The position numbers were made by a program, and so were the translations under genes. Under the pieces are notes generated by a model. That model ran no database searches, had not been told where the DNA came from, and saw nothing but the letters and a program-made list of their open reading frames with translations. From the NCBI GenBank assembly GCA_038217285.1, contig JBBQPO010000037.1, positions 1 through 30,478 on the forward strand: a DNA stretch of 30,478 bases, written 5' to 3'. Origin of the DNA: Chthonomonadales bacterium (GTDB lineage: Bacteria; Armatimonadota; Chthonomonadetes; Chthonomonadales; Chthonomonadaceae). Shown here piece by piece: positions 7,624 to 16,499 of the stretch. How positions within the stretch are numbered: the first letter of the stretch is position 1; every line of letters begins with the position of its first letter.

Positions 7624-8720
7624 CGTTCGGCTCCCTCTTCCGACGACTGTTCCAGACTTGCAAGAGAGAGAACCCTCACGTCGAAGCCCTCGCGGCGAAC
7701 CCTGTAGTCGTAGTAGAGCAGCGTCACGAAGATGGTCCAGTAGGGGGCGAGAAAGAAATGCGTAGCGCTCCCGAGAGCGGCGGTGGCTGTAAAATCCACC
7801 ACCGACGGCAGATGCAGTACCTGGAGCGTCGACTCGATGGAGAGATTGAGGATCGCCTGCAAACTGATCAAGAGTATCGGTAAGGCGGAGGCCGCCGCCC
7901 ATGTTCGCCAGAATCGCTTCTTCCCCACGATCTGGTTATTTCGATAGCCTACAAACGAAGCAGGAAGGCCTTCCAGAACCGTCAGGGGAGTCATGAAAAC
8001 GAAGTTACGCGCGATGATGCCGAAGCAAAAGAAGTAAGGCAGCAACATGAATACGACGAAAACTACGGCCCCAATCTCCGGTATCCCGACGCCGATGAAG
8101 ATGGCTGCCATGGTCGCGCCGACAATCGACGCGACCATTACGCCAGCGAAGGCGACCCCGATAGAGACCAGAGCTATCAAACAGTAGCCCCAGACCATAT
8201 TCATGAAATAGGGTCGGCTGCGTTTGTAACAGTCCTTCACGGTGGTGCTGCGCCCAAAATAGATGTCGGATACGGCGACGGAGATCGGGGCGCTCAGCAG
8301 GATCAGAACGATAAAGGCGAGCAAGCCGGGGAATCCTGCGCGAGGCTCCCCGAAGATAAACTGCCCGATACGGAGCATCACCATACTGTCCGGATTGGCA
8401 TTGGCGGCTCCGCTCAGGTGAGCGTCGAGCGGATGCAGCCAGAGAGCGATAACGGTGTTCCGCAAGATTTCGGTTGGGATCAATCCGACGGCGACGATCA
8501 TCGCCAGCAGACCAAAGTGACGTTTATAGAGGTCGAACGCCTCATCGAAGACGCCTGCCAGAGTCTGGGGCATCGTGATGGCTTCCTCTGCCGGTTCAGG
8601 CGCTGCCAGCCAGGGAGAGTCGGTTGTAGAATGGGCGTCAGGTAATGTCATGGCAAGAGCGCGATCCACGGCAGGCAAAGAGTCTTTCGGCAATGGACTG
8701 TCGGGCAGGCGTCGCCGCAC
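7620..8720 (-). CDS. Multi-pass membrane protein of the type found in moxR/DUF4129 clusters (GDPD-membrane-domain-like)
   Basis: About 6 TM helices, FDEAFDLYKRHF, and C-terminal LLYYDYRVRREGFD. The true start may be 8651. Confidence 0.8.
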   Translation of the reverse strand: MRRRLPDSPLPKDSLPAVDRALAMTLPDAHSTTDSPWLAAPEPAEEAITMPQTLAGVFDEAFDLYKRHFGLLAMIVAVGLIPTEILRNTVIALWLHPLDAHLSGAANANPDSMVMLRIGQFIFGEPRAGFPGLLAFIVLILLSAPISVAVSDIYFGRSTTVKDCYKRSRPYFMNMVWGYCLIALVSIGVAFAGVMVASIVGATMAAIFIGVGIPEIGAVVFVVFMLLPYFFCFGIIARNFVFMTPLTVLEGLPASFVGYRNNQIVGKKRFWRTWAAASALPILLISLQAILNLSIESTLQVLHLPSVVDFTATAALGSATHFFLAPYWTIFVTLLYYDYRVRREGFDVRVLSLASLEQSSEEGAER

Positions 8721-8784
8721 ACAGCAGCCAACGCCAAACCCACATTCGAGTTTTACGCGAGGAACTCCTCCTCGTCAAGAGTTA

Positions 8785-9879
8785 TCACGGTTTCGGAACC
8801 GGGGTTTGCGGCGAGTCTGCGCCAGTAGGCGCACCTGTTGGATTGGGCAGAGGTCCGGTGCGCTTCAAGGCGACCCGCACATGAACCCGGTGCAGGGGCT
8901 TGTCGCTCAGTGTGTGCACGGTGACACCCTCCGGAACCACCAGCGGCACGTCTATTTCCAGGTCCTCCATGCGGTCACGGATCGAAATCGCTTCAGTCAG
9001 CAGAGTCGATATTCGGTCCACCTGGGTAGGTCGCCCGGTGATATGTACCTGAACGGGCGTGACCTGTATGTCGTACAGCGTAAAGCCTGCCTGGGGCGTA
9101 TCGCGCACGTTAGGGCTGATACTGACGATCTTGGAGTAGGGTTCTACAACGAGCGGAATGGTGACGTGAACGGTGGACGGCGTGAGTGTCACGCCGTCGA
9201 CAGGGTTGTCTTTGTTGTCGCGGGCGGAGACGAGGAAATCTCCTTCGATGCTCGCTCCGGCCTCGCCTCCGACAGCGTTGACGATGACGCTTTCGACGCG
9301 GTCCACCCGGTCGAGCCTGCCGGAGACCTTCACCTTGGGAGGGCTGACTGCGGCGGCATTGTAGCGAAAACCGGCGGCTGCCTCACGAAGGTAGTGTAGA
9401 CTTACTTTGACTTGTGTGGTGCGTTGGGGGTAGACCATCACGGAAAGGCGGGTCGGTTCGGGAGGATCCAGGTTGAGTTCGATCCGGTGCTCGGCCGCAG
9501 ATCCGATAAACTCGTAGTGGCATCGCAGTTTTTGCGCCGCGACTTTATCGACTGGAGTGCCAGCGAAATCCGCGACAATATGAATTTCCCCGTCCTTCAA
9601 GAGATCCATGACCGAGCGCGGCCCGGAGACATTCACTTTGATTTTTGGTGAGTCGGCCTGCACTTCGACGTCATCCGGTTTGTGTTCGATCAGGACCGGA
9701 GTTGTGAACGGTTTGGTGACGTTCGGATTGCGCTCCGCCTGTACGTAGAAATAGAGCAGGATAGCCGTCGCAAGTGAAATAAATTTGAACCCGAAGTTGC
9801 GCCGGATTCGCTCCGTGAGGGCGAGTTTATGACGTTCGAGGGCTTTTTTGCTCGCCACAGGCAGGCTGTTCATACTCAT
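8785..9879 (-). CDS. cdaR: CdaR/YbbR-family regulator of diadenylate cyclase
   Basis: N-terminal KFISLATAILLYFYV anchor. Three YbbR-like repeats (VNVSGP, VKVSGR, VHITGR). Directly downstream of cdaA. Confidence 0.88.
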   Translation of the reverse strand: MSMNSLPVASKKALERHKLALTERIRRNFGFKFISLATAILLYFYVQAERNPNVTKPFTTPVLIEHKPDDVEVQADSPKIKVNVSGPRSVMDLLKDGEIHIVADFAGTPVDKVAAQKLRCHYEFIGSAAEHRIELNLDPPEPTRLSVMVYPQRTTQVKVSLHYLREAAAGFRYNAAAVSPPKVKVSGRLDRVDRVESVIVNAVGGEAGASIEGDFLVSARDNKDNPVDGVTLTPSTVHVTIPLVVEPYSKIVSISPNVRDTPQAGFTLYDIQVTPVQVHITGRPTQVDRISTLLTEAISIRDRMEDLEIDVPLVVPEGVTVHTLSDKPLHRVHVRVALKRTGPLPNPTGAPTGADSPQTPVPKP

Positions 9880-9889
9880 CGCAGCTTCC

Positions 9890-10705
9890 TCACGCCGCCT
9901 TGCGACGACCGGTCATCCGGTCCGGCGGCTGAATCAGTCCGGTCAGGCGCTCACGCAGAGCCTCTTCCCGTAGACCGCGAATCAGTTTACCTTCCAAGGC
10001 GATGGAGACGGTGCCGGTCTCCTCGCTCACCACCACGACCACGGCGTCGCTATTTTCCGACATCCCGAGCGCGGCTTTGTGGCGCGTATGTACGGCGGCT
10101 TCCAGCTTTGGGCGATCGGTCAGCGGCAGAATGCAGCCAGCGGCGACGACCCTGCCGTGGCGAACGACCAGGGCGCCATCGTGCAGAGCCGATCCCTTGT
10201 AAAAAATGGTATCGAGGAGTTCCACGGTCACCGTGGCATCCAACGCAACGCCTGTCTGAATCACCTCATCCAGGCCGGTCTGCCGTTCGAAAACGATCAA
10301 GGCCCCAACACGTTTGGCGGAGAGAAGGGCAACCGCCTGGACGACGGCCAGAATCATCTCACTGACATCCTCGCGGTTCAGAAGACTCAGCCCCCGACTC
10401 CAGAAGCGCGGCCCAAACTCTTCCAGGGCATGGCGCAACTCCGGGTAGAACAGAATGACGATGGCGACCGGCCCGAGGGGGACGATCTGGCGCAGCAGCC
10501 AGTTCAACGTATCGAGGTGAAGCTTGTCACTGACATAGAGGGCTAAAAGCAGCGTTCCCAGCCCGCCCAGAATCTGCATCGCGCGCGTACCGCGCACCAG
10601 CAGCAGCAGACGGTAGAGCAGATAGGCGACAACGAGGACATCCAGCACACCCTGCCAGAGGTCTCTTCTCCACAACAGGCTCAAAGGCGGATGCGCCCCC
10701 ATCAT
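9890..10705 (-). CDS. cdaA: Membrane-bound diadenylate cyclase
   Basis: Three N-terminal TM segments, FYPELRHALE, GALIVFER, LHDGA, TRHKAALG and VSEETG. Confidence 0.94.
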   Translation of the reverse strand: MMGAHPPLSLLWRRDLWQGVLDVLVVAYLLYRLLLLVRGTRAMQILGGLGTLLLALYVSDKLHLDTLNWLLRQIVPLGPVAIVILFYPELRHALEEFGPRFWSRGLSLLNREDVSEMILAVVQAVALLSAKRVGALIVFERQTGLDEVIQTGVALDATVTVELLDTIFYKGSALHDGALVVRHGRVVAAGCILPLTDRPKLEAAVHTRHKAALGMSENSDAVVVVVSEETGTVSIALEGKLIRGLREEALRERLTGLIQPPDRMTGRRKAA

Positions 10706-10773
10706 CGCTCGCTCCAGACGCCGGTTCCCGGCATAGGTAGTGCGAATGCCACCGGCCGAACTGCGTCTCCATC

Positions 10774-10802
10774 AGTATATCATACCGGCCGACGCGGGTC
10801 AA
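10774..10802 (-). promoter_or_regulatory. Sigma70-type promoter TTGACC-N17-TATACT (extended -10) for cdaA-cdaR
   Basis: Read on the minus strand ~70 bp upstream of the cdaA start. Confidence 0.65.
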
Positions 10803-10890
10803 GCCGAACTTGATAATACGACGAGGGGCGCACCGCGTGACAGGTCCGGGCAGGCCCTGAAAAAAACTTTGCGTATTTCCCGCAAAAGGA

Positions 10891-10920
10891 TTGACAACCA
10901 GCAGTCAAATCGGTTAGTAT
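10891..10920 (+). promoter_or_regulatory. Sigma70-type promoter TTGACA-N18-TAGTAT for the NlpC/P60 gene
   Basis: Perfect -35 with an A-tract upstream. It implies a ~190-nt leader. Confidence 0.6.
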
Positions 10921-11120
10921 GACGTTTGTCAGCCGACCCATGGGGGAGTTCACATCTTGCCGCGTGACTCCGCAAAACGGATGGCGCAAATTTTGCACCG
11001 CGCACCACCGTCCGATCCTCCTGTAGAAAATAGTTTCCTATAGCGTGAATACGCGCCGACACTCCGCCCACGATCCGGCGGTGCTGTACCGTCGCGCCGT
11101 ACAAAGGAAGGACAAACGCG

Positions 11121-12194
11121 ATGAACCGCAATGGACTTGGCTGGATGCCACTGTGCATCACAGCAAGCACCTCCGCACTTCTGGCCTCCTCCTCCGGGAG
11201 CCAAGCTTCGGCCTCTGAAGTCCACAAACTTAAGCATGGGGAGACGGTCGCTGCCGTCGCCCGCAAATTCCATGTCTCCGTACACGCCATCGCCGTTGCC
11301 AATCCCAGTGTCGATGTAGACAGTGTGCCGGATGGGCACAAACTCGTCATTCCCGACCCATCCTCGATCCACCACATCGCCTCCAGCAGTCATAAGATCG
11401 CCTATACCCGTGGAGACAACGTGGGACTGCGACTCGGACCGGGTGAGACGTTCAGACGGATCGCTTCGTGCAATAAGGGGCAGAAACTCGTCGTCTCGGC
11501 CCAGAAAGACGGATGGGCTCATGTTACCGTGAAGGGCGGCCCCTCCGGCTGGATGCGACACGACTTTGTGAAGTACGCGCACGGCGGCGTTCCGGTCACC
11601 AGAGTCGTCGCGCATCACAAATCCAAGCATGTCGAGGCGTTAGCCGCCGCCAAACACCGCGCGCATCTGAAACATATGGCTAATCTCGCCAGGCACACCG
11701 GCAAAAAGCACATGGTGAAGATCGCTCATGCGGATCACCACGCACACGCCGTCCACCAGTACGGGCAGCATCATCACGCGGCGGTTGTTGTCTCCCGGGA
11801 GCATTCGCGGAGCCAACATCGTTCCGGTGATGGCAGCGTGGTCGGCACGGCCATCGCCTACCGGGGCACTCCCTATCGGTACGGCTCGACCGGCGGCGGA
11901 TCGTTCGACTGTTCCGGTTTCACCCGATTCGTCTATGGCAGCCGCGGCGTCTCTCTGCCGCACTCCGCGAAAGAGCAGTTCCATCAAGGTCGGGGCGTGT
12001 CGCGTGGGGATCTGAAGCCCGGCGACCTCGTCTTTTTTCACACCGTGACCAGTGGGATCTCGCATGTGGGGATCTACGCCGGAAACGGGAAGTTCGTGCA
12101 TGCTTCCAGCCGACGTTCCGGGGGCGTACGTGTTGATCGACTGGATTCGGGCTACTATAGCGGCGCCTTTCGCGGCGGACGACGCGTAAAATAG
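11121..12194 (+). CDS. Secreted LysM-SH3b-NlpC/P60 peptidoglycan endopeptidase with a His-rich linker
   Basis: LysM (HKLKHGETVAAVARKF...LVIP), SH3b (VGLRLGPG...GWM), and NlpC/P60 (GTPYRYG, FDCSGF, SHVGIY, FVHASS). Confidence 0.94.
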   Translation: MNRNGLGWMPLCITASTSALLASSSGSQASASEVHKLKHGETVAAVARKFHVSVHAIAVANPSVDVDSVPDGHKLVIPDPSSIHHIASSSHKIAYTRGDNVGLRLGPGETFRRIASCNKGQKLVVSAQKDGWAHVTVKGGPSGWMRHDFVKYAHGGVPVTRVVAHHKSKHVEALAAAKHRAHLKHMANLARHTGKKHMVKIAHADHHAHAVHQYGQHHHAAVVVSREHSRSQHRSGDGSVVGTAIAYRGTPYRYGSTGGGSFDCSGFTRFVYGSRGVSLPHSAKEQFHQGRGVSRGDLKPGDLVFFHTVTSGISHVGIYAGNGKFVHASSRRSGGVRVDRLDSGYYSGAFRGGRRVK

Positions 12195-12219
12195 TGGTCC
12201 GTGCCTCTGGGCCGCTTTT
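12193..12219 (+). terminator. Possible weak intrinsic terminator
   Basis: AGTGGTCC/GGGCCGCT stem with two G-U pairs, followed by a short T run, right after the stop. Confidence 0.35.
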
Positions 12220-12488
12220 CGGGACTATTTTCGCACTCGACAAGGTCTACATAGATGAGCAAACCGGCCTGCGCAGACTGTGCCAACAGCCTCGCAGGCC
12301 ATTTTTTACCGACCAGAAATGGGACAAGCGGTAATCGACGACAGCGCGTACTGTCAAACGGTATCGAATATCATCGGCGAGAGGTCGGGAATACGCGCAA
12401 CCTTTTCCGGGCCAGTGTGTCTAAAATCGAGAAGTTGGGGCTGCGGCTCCGGGCAATTTATGTGTATGATCGATCCGGTCTACGCATT

Positions 12489-13388
12489 GTGAAGGTCAAT
12501 ATCTTGCAGAACTCAACAAGTGCTCGTTCCTCCCGTACCGCTCCCTGGGCGCCTCTGCTGGGCATTGTGGTTCTCTTCGGACTGCTCCCCTGTTCGGCAC
12601 AAGCACTTCCACAGTTCCTCGTTATCGTGAAGACGACGTACGCCGTGAAGTCGGGAGGAACCATCGATGCGAAACGGTGCGGAATCTGCCATATCGACGT
12701 CGGGGGCGGGGGAGCGGTGAACCCTTACGGCAAGGATGTCAAAAGTTTCCTGAAAGCGTCGTCGAGCCAGACCCTGACTTCCACCGGCCTGCACTCTCTT
12801 GACGCAAAGGACTCAGACGGGGACGGTTTTGCCAACATAGACGAGTTTCAGGCGGACACTCTGCCCGGCGATTCTCTCAGCCATCCGATGAAGAAAGCCA
12901 GCCTGTCTGTCAGAGAGGTTGCCGCTGAAGGGGAACTGAGTCCGTTCGACATAAAAGCGGCGCTGTTCGCCAAAAACGCGCAGCATCCTGTTCTGGTTCA
13001 TTTTCCGATCGCGCTCTTCATGATAAGCCTGCTGTTCGACGTACTCGGCGCGTGGAAAAAGAATCCGGCCTTGCGGACGACGGCAACGTACAATCTCATC
13101 GCAGCCGCATTCGGAGGGCTGTTCGCCGTCACTACCGGAATCATCGCCTGGCAGTGGCAGTATGGAGGGGCGGAGCTGAAGGGCAACCTACGTCTGCATC
13201 TCATCCTGGGAGTCGTCACAACTGGCCTGCTGTTCGTACTATGGACAGTAAGATCGCAACAGATGAAACGTCCAAATGTGACGGCGGGTCGAGTCTACTT
13301 TGTGTTAAGCCTGATCGCGCTCGTTCTGATCGCCCTGACCGGACATATCGGCGGCATTTTGAGCGGCGTAGTGCAGGGAGCGCAATGA
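12489..13388 (+). CDS. Exported CxxCH heme-c domain with a DxDGDG Ca-binding motif, fused to a DUF2231-type 4-TM domain
   Basis: Signal peptide ...SAQA, CGICH, NPYG, DSDGDGFANIDE...PGD. The membrane domain has HPVLVHFPI, LHLILG and TGHIGG. The start is uncertain; the GTG at 12489 was chosen. Confidence 0.8.
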   Translation: MKVNILQNSTSARSSRTAPWAPLLGIVVLFGLLPCSAQALPQFLVIVKTTYAVKSGGTIDAKRCGICHIDVGGGGAVNPYGKDVKSFLKASSSQTLTSTGLHSLDAKDSDGDGFANIDEFQADTLPGDSLSHPMKKASLSVREVAAEGELSPFDIKAALFAKNAQHPVLVHFPIALFMISLLFDVLGAWKKNPALRTTATYNLIAAAFGGLFAVTTGIIAWQWQYGGAELKGNLRLHLILGVVTTGLLFVLWTVRSQQMKRPNVTAGRVYFVLSLIALVLIALTGHIGGILSGVVQGAQ

Positions 13389-13421
13389 ACCCGCATGGGT
13401 ACTGCCAGAGGCTGGTTTCGG

Positions 13422-13451
13422 TTGGCGTTGACCTGAAAAAAGTGGTAAAAT
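13422..13451 (+). promoter_or_regulatory. Possible promoter TTGGCG-N18-TAAAAT (extended -10 TGG) for the oxidoreductase pair
   Basis: Intergenic TGGTAAAAT with a 4/6 -35. Confidence 0.45.
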
Positions 13452-13616
13452 AGACAAAGCCGTTCCTCTCAAATCCTGGACTTTGTCCTGATAACCCATC
13501 ATGCTCTGGGTAGGAGTTGAGTTGAGAACACATCCTAGAAGACAAGCCATTTCTGCTTATATCCTACGCTGACACCTCGGTCGGGCAGGCTTCCGACAGA
13601 AAGAATCGCACTGAAT

Positions 13617-14951
13617 ATGAATCGAAGAGATTTTCTCAAAGACGCTTCCGCCGCTTCCATGATGTTTGCGCTCGGAGCGCGCGAACTGCGCGCCGAGGCT
13701 GCAGACGTCAAGAAGGACGATAAGCCTGCGGGCCCGCCTGTCAATGTCGCCGTCATCGGGGCAAGTTTGCAGGGGCGCAACATTCTCACCTCCCTCGCCA
13801 AGATGGGCGCTGCGAGCGCGCCGGTCGTCTCCATCTGCGATAGTTTCAACACGCCAGCGTTCCAGCGCAAAGTGGCTGCCATCATCCCGTCCGCCGCTTT
13901 CGTTGCGGACTACCGCAAGGTGCTGGACGACAAGACGGTGCAGGCGGTCTTCATCGCAACGCCCTCCCACAAACATGAGCAGATCGCACTGGACGCTATT
14001 GCCGCCGGCAAGCATGTCTATTGCGAGATGCCGCTCTCGAACAGTATCGCCGAGGCAAAAGCTATCGCTGTCGCGGGGTTGGCCTCGAAAATGACGTTTG
14101 CGGCGGGACTGCAGCAGCGTTCCAATATGCAGACTCATCACGTTCTCAAGTTCGTTCGTTCGGATGCGCTCGGCACGGTCATCGGCGGGCGGGCGCAATG
14201 GCACAATCGCGTCTCCTGGCGACAGGGCTGGCCGACGCCGGAACGCGAGACTGAGTTGAACTGGCGTCTAAACCAGGCGACCTCCTCCGGCCTGCTCGGT
14301 GAGGTCGGTGTGCATCAGATCGACATGGCGTCCTGGTTCTTCAACGCGCTCCCTACCAGCGTGACAGCCTATAGTTCTCTGCTGGGCTGGAAGGATGGGC
14401 GCAATGTGCCGGATACCGTACAGGTCATTTTCGACTACCCGAACAACCTGCGCTTTGCCTACGAAGCAACGCTCGTGAACTCGTTCGATGGTCCCTATGA
14501 ACTCTTCATGGGAACGGATTCCGCGATCCAGTTGCGCGATCAGCGCGCCTGGATGTTCAAGGAGACCGACGCGAAATCGATCGGATGGGAAGTCTTCGCC
14601 CGCAAAGATGCGATGCAGGTCGGGAATCCGGCGAATGGAACAGGTATCCAGACAGGTTCTGGGATCGCCCTGGTCGCGGACGCAACCAAGCAGATCGCGA
14701 ACGGACTTCAGCCCGGCGCCGTCGGCACGGACGTTTCCAAAACCTCCCTCTATCAGGCCATAGACTCGTTCCTCTATTGTGTGCGTACGGGCAAGAAACC
14801 CGATGCAGGCGCGTTGGAAGGGTATCAGGCGACCGTTGTCGCGATCAAAGCAAACGAAGCGGCGCTCAAAAACACCCATCTCGTGTTTGACCCCGAATGG
14901 TTCAAACTGACCGGTTCCTCTGTGGGATCGGGCGAACACGCGGCAGCTTAG
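13617..14951 (+). CDS. Tat-exported Gfo/Idh/MocA-family oxidoreductase with degenerate motifs
   Basis: Tat motif MNRRDFLK, IATPSHKH, NWRL, GEVGVHQID. It has GASLQG in place of GxGxxG and CEMP in place of CEKP. Confidence 0.9.
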   Translation: MNRRDFLKDASAASMMFALGARELRAEAADVKKDDKPAGPPVNVAVIGASLQGRNILTSLAKMGAASAPVVSICDSFNTPAFQRKVAAIIPSAAFVADYRKVLDDKTVQAVFIATPSHKHEQIALDAIAAGKHVYCEMPLSNSIAEAKAIAVAGLASKMTFAAGLQQRSNMQTHHVLKFVRSDALGTVIGGRAQWHNRVSWRQGWPTPERETELNWRLNQATSSGLLGEVGVHQIDMASWFFNALPTSVTAYSSLLGWKDGRNVPDTVQVIFDYPNNLRFAYEATLVNSFDGPYELFMGTDSAIQLRDQRAWMFKETDAKSIGWEVFARKDAMQVGNPANGTGIQTGSGIALVADATKQIANGLQPGAVGTDVSKTSLYQAIDSFLYCVRTGKKPDAGALEGYQATVVAIKANEAALKNTHLVFDPEWFKLTGSSVGSGEHAAA

Positions 14952-15094
14952 GTCACGGGAGGGAAATCGATAGTCTCGCCCTCCAACCATCGACTGTCCG
15001 AGTAGGCAGAAAACAAGAAGGCGTTTTGTGGAAGCACGCTGCTATCCGATCGGAAGCACCATGCTACCCAACATGAATATAAGGAGAGGCACTG

Positions 15095-16420
15095 ATGAGC
15101 CAGAATCAAAACTCGACGACGCGACGCGATTTTCTGCGTACCGCGGCTGTCACTACGGCGGGAGCGGCGGTTGTCAGCTCTATGCCGACGACGGCGGAGG
15201 CGATGCGCCGTGTGGTCGGCGCCAACGACCGAATCAGTATCGGTCATGTGGGAGTCGGAGGGCAGGGGCTGAACACCCATGTCAAACTGTTACATGAGGC
15301 GGAGGCGACCAATAACACACAGCAGATCGCTGTCTGCGACGTCTATGCCAAGCGCACCAGTGCGGCCAGGGAGAAACTGGGACTGAAGGAGAATGCGTGC
15401 TACTCCGACTATCGTAAACTCGTGGAGCGCAAGGATATCGACGCGGTCATCATTGCGACTTCCGACAACTGGCATGCGGACGTCACCCTGGCGTCCCTCG
15501 CGGCCGGCAAGCATGTCTACTGCGAAAAGCCGCTCTGTCGCACCCTGGAAGAGGCGTTTACGGTCTACGATGCCGTGAAGAAATCCGGCAAGGTCTTTCA
15601 ACTCGGTACCCAAGGTTGCTCCGATGACAAGTGGCATGCCGCCGGGCGCGTCGTCAAGGCCAATAAGATCGGCGCTGTCGTCGTGGGCCAGGGCAGTTAT
15701 ATGCGCAACAGCAAGGCAGGCGGGTGGAACGAAGTTCCTATAGACGCGGGCGCTGGGCCGCAGGCCAGTGGAGACGCGCATATCGACTGGGAGACATTCC
15801 GGCGCGGCAAAGGCCCGGAGGCATGGGATCCGGATCGCTACTTCCGATGGCGCAAATACTGGGCCTATGGCTCCGGAATGATCGGCGACCTGTTCCCGCA
15901 CCGCATGGTTCCGCTGCTGATCGCGATGAATATCCCCACGACCGGCCTGGACGGCTACCCACTCCGCGTATCGTCCGGTGGTGGACTCTATGTTCAGAAG
16001 ATCAATCCGGATACCGGCAAGTCGGATCGTGAGATACCCGACTTCGTCAATCTCAATGTGGACTTCGGCAACATGTCCATGATGTTGATGTCCTCGACAT
16101 GCAACGATGTCGGCTGGGAAGAGGCCATTCGGGGCAACAAGGCGACCGTGATCTTCGGCGGCAATGCCGTGCAGATCAAGCCGCAGCGCGACTGGGCCGA
16201 CGACGTGGACGAGGGCACCGAACCGATCACCGGCCAGCCGGAGAACTTCCCGACGCACCAGAAGAACTGGCTGGACTGTATCCGGACCAATGGCACACCG
16301 ACGGCAAACATAGAGCTGGCGGTGCGCTCTCAGGTGATGCTGACGCTCTCGGAGCGGTCTTATCGCGAGAGCAAGACGTTCGTCTTCGATCCCGCGACAC
16401 GCAAGGCCTCCCCGGCCTGA
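15095..16420 (+). CDS. Tat-exported Gfo/Idh/MocA-family oxidoreductase
   Basis: Tat motif TRRDFLR, GVGGQG, CEKPL, WRKYWAYGSGMIGDLFPH. AAGGAG RBS. Confidence 0.93.
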   Translation: MSQNQNSTTRRDFLRTAAVTTAGAAVVSSMPTTAEAMRRVVGANDRISIGHVGVGGQGLNTHVKLLHEAEATNNTQQIAVCDVYAKRTSAAREKLGLKENACYSDYRKLVERKDIDAVIIATSDNWHADVTLASLAAGKHVYCEKPLCRTLEEAFTVYDAVKKSGKVFQLGTQGCSDDKWHAAGRVVKANKIGAVVVGQGSYMRNSKAGGWNEVPIDAGAGPQASGDAHIDWETFRRGKGPEAWDPDRYFRWRKYWAYGSGMIGDLFPHRMVPLLIAMNIPTTGLDGYPLRVSSGGGLYVQKINPDTGKSDREIPDFVNLNVDFGNMSMMLMSSTCNDVGWEEAIRGNKATVIFGGNAVQIKPQRDWADDVDEGTEPITGQPENFPTHQKNWLDCIRTNGTPTANIELAVRSQVMLTLSERSYRESKTFVFDPATRKASPA

Positions 16421-16444
16421 CGCGAGGCTGTGTGATGCTGCTGC

Positions 16445-16485
16445 AAGTGAGCGAGAGAAGTTTTCTCGCTCACTTTTTTTATTTT
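16445..16485 (+). terminator. Strong intrinsic terminator between the second oxidoreductase and apbE
   Basis: Perfect 12-bp stem AAGTGAGCGAGA/TCTCGCTCACTT followed by TTTTTATTTT. Confidence 0.8.
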
Positions 16486-16499
16486 CGGAGAAGACTCTC

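Noticed and set aside
10927-11120. Canonical c-di-AMP (ydaO) riboswitch
   Set aside because: Only a loose GTCAGCCGACCC resemblance. The GCTGAATCC, GGAACC and GGGGTGAATC-type core elements are absent.
12255-12488. N-terminal extension of the cytochrome-DUF2231 ORF, including CADCAN
   Set aside because: It precedes the signal peptide, looks non-coding and is not a CxxCH motif. Likely a start-call artefact.
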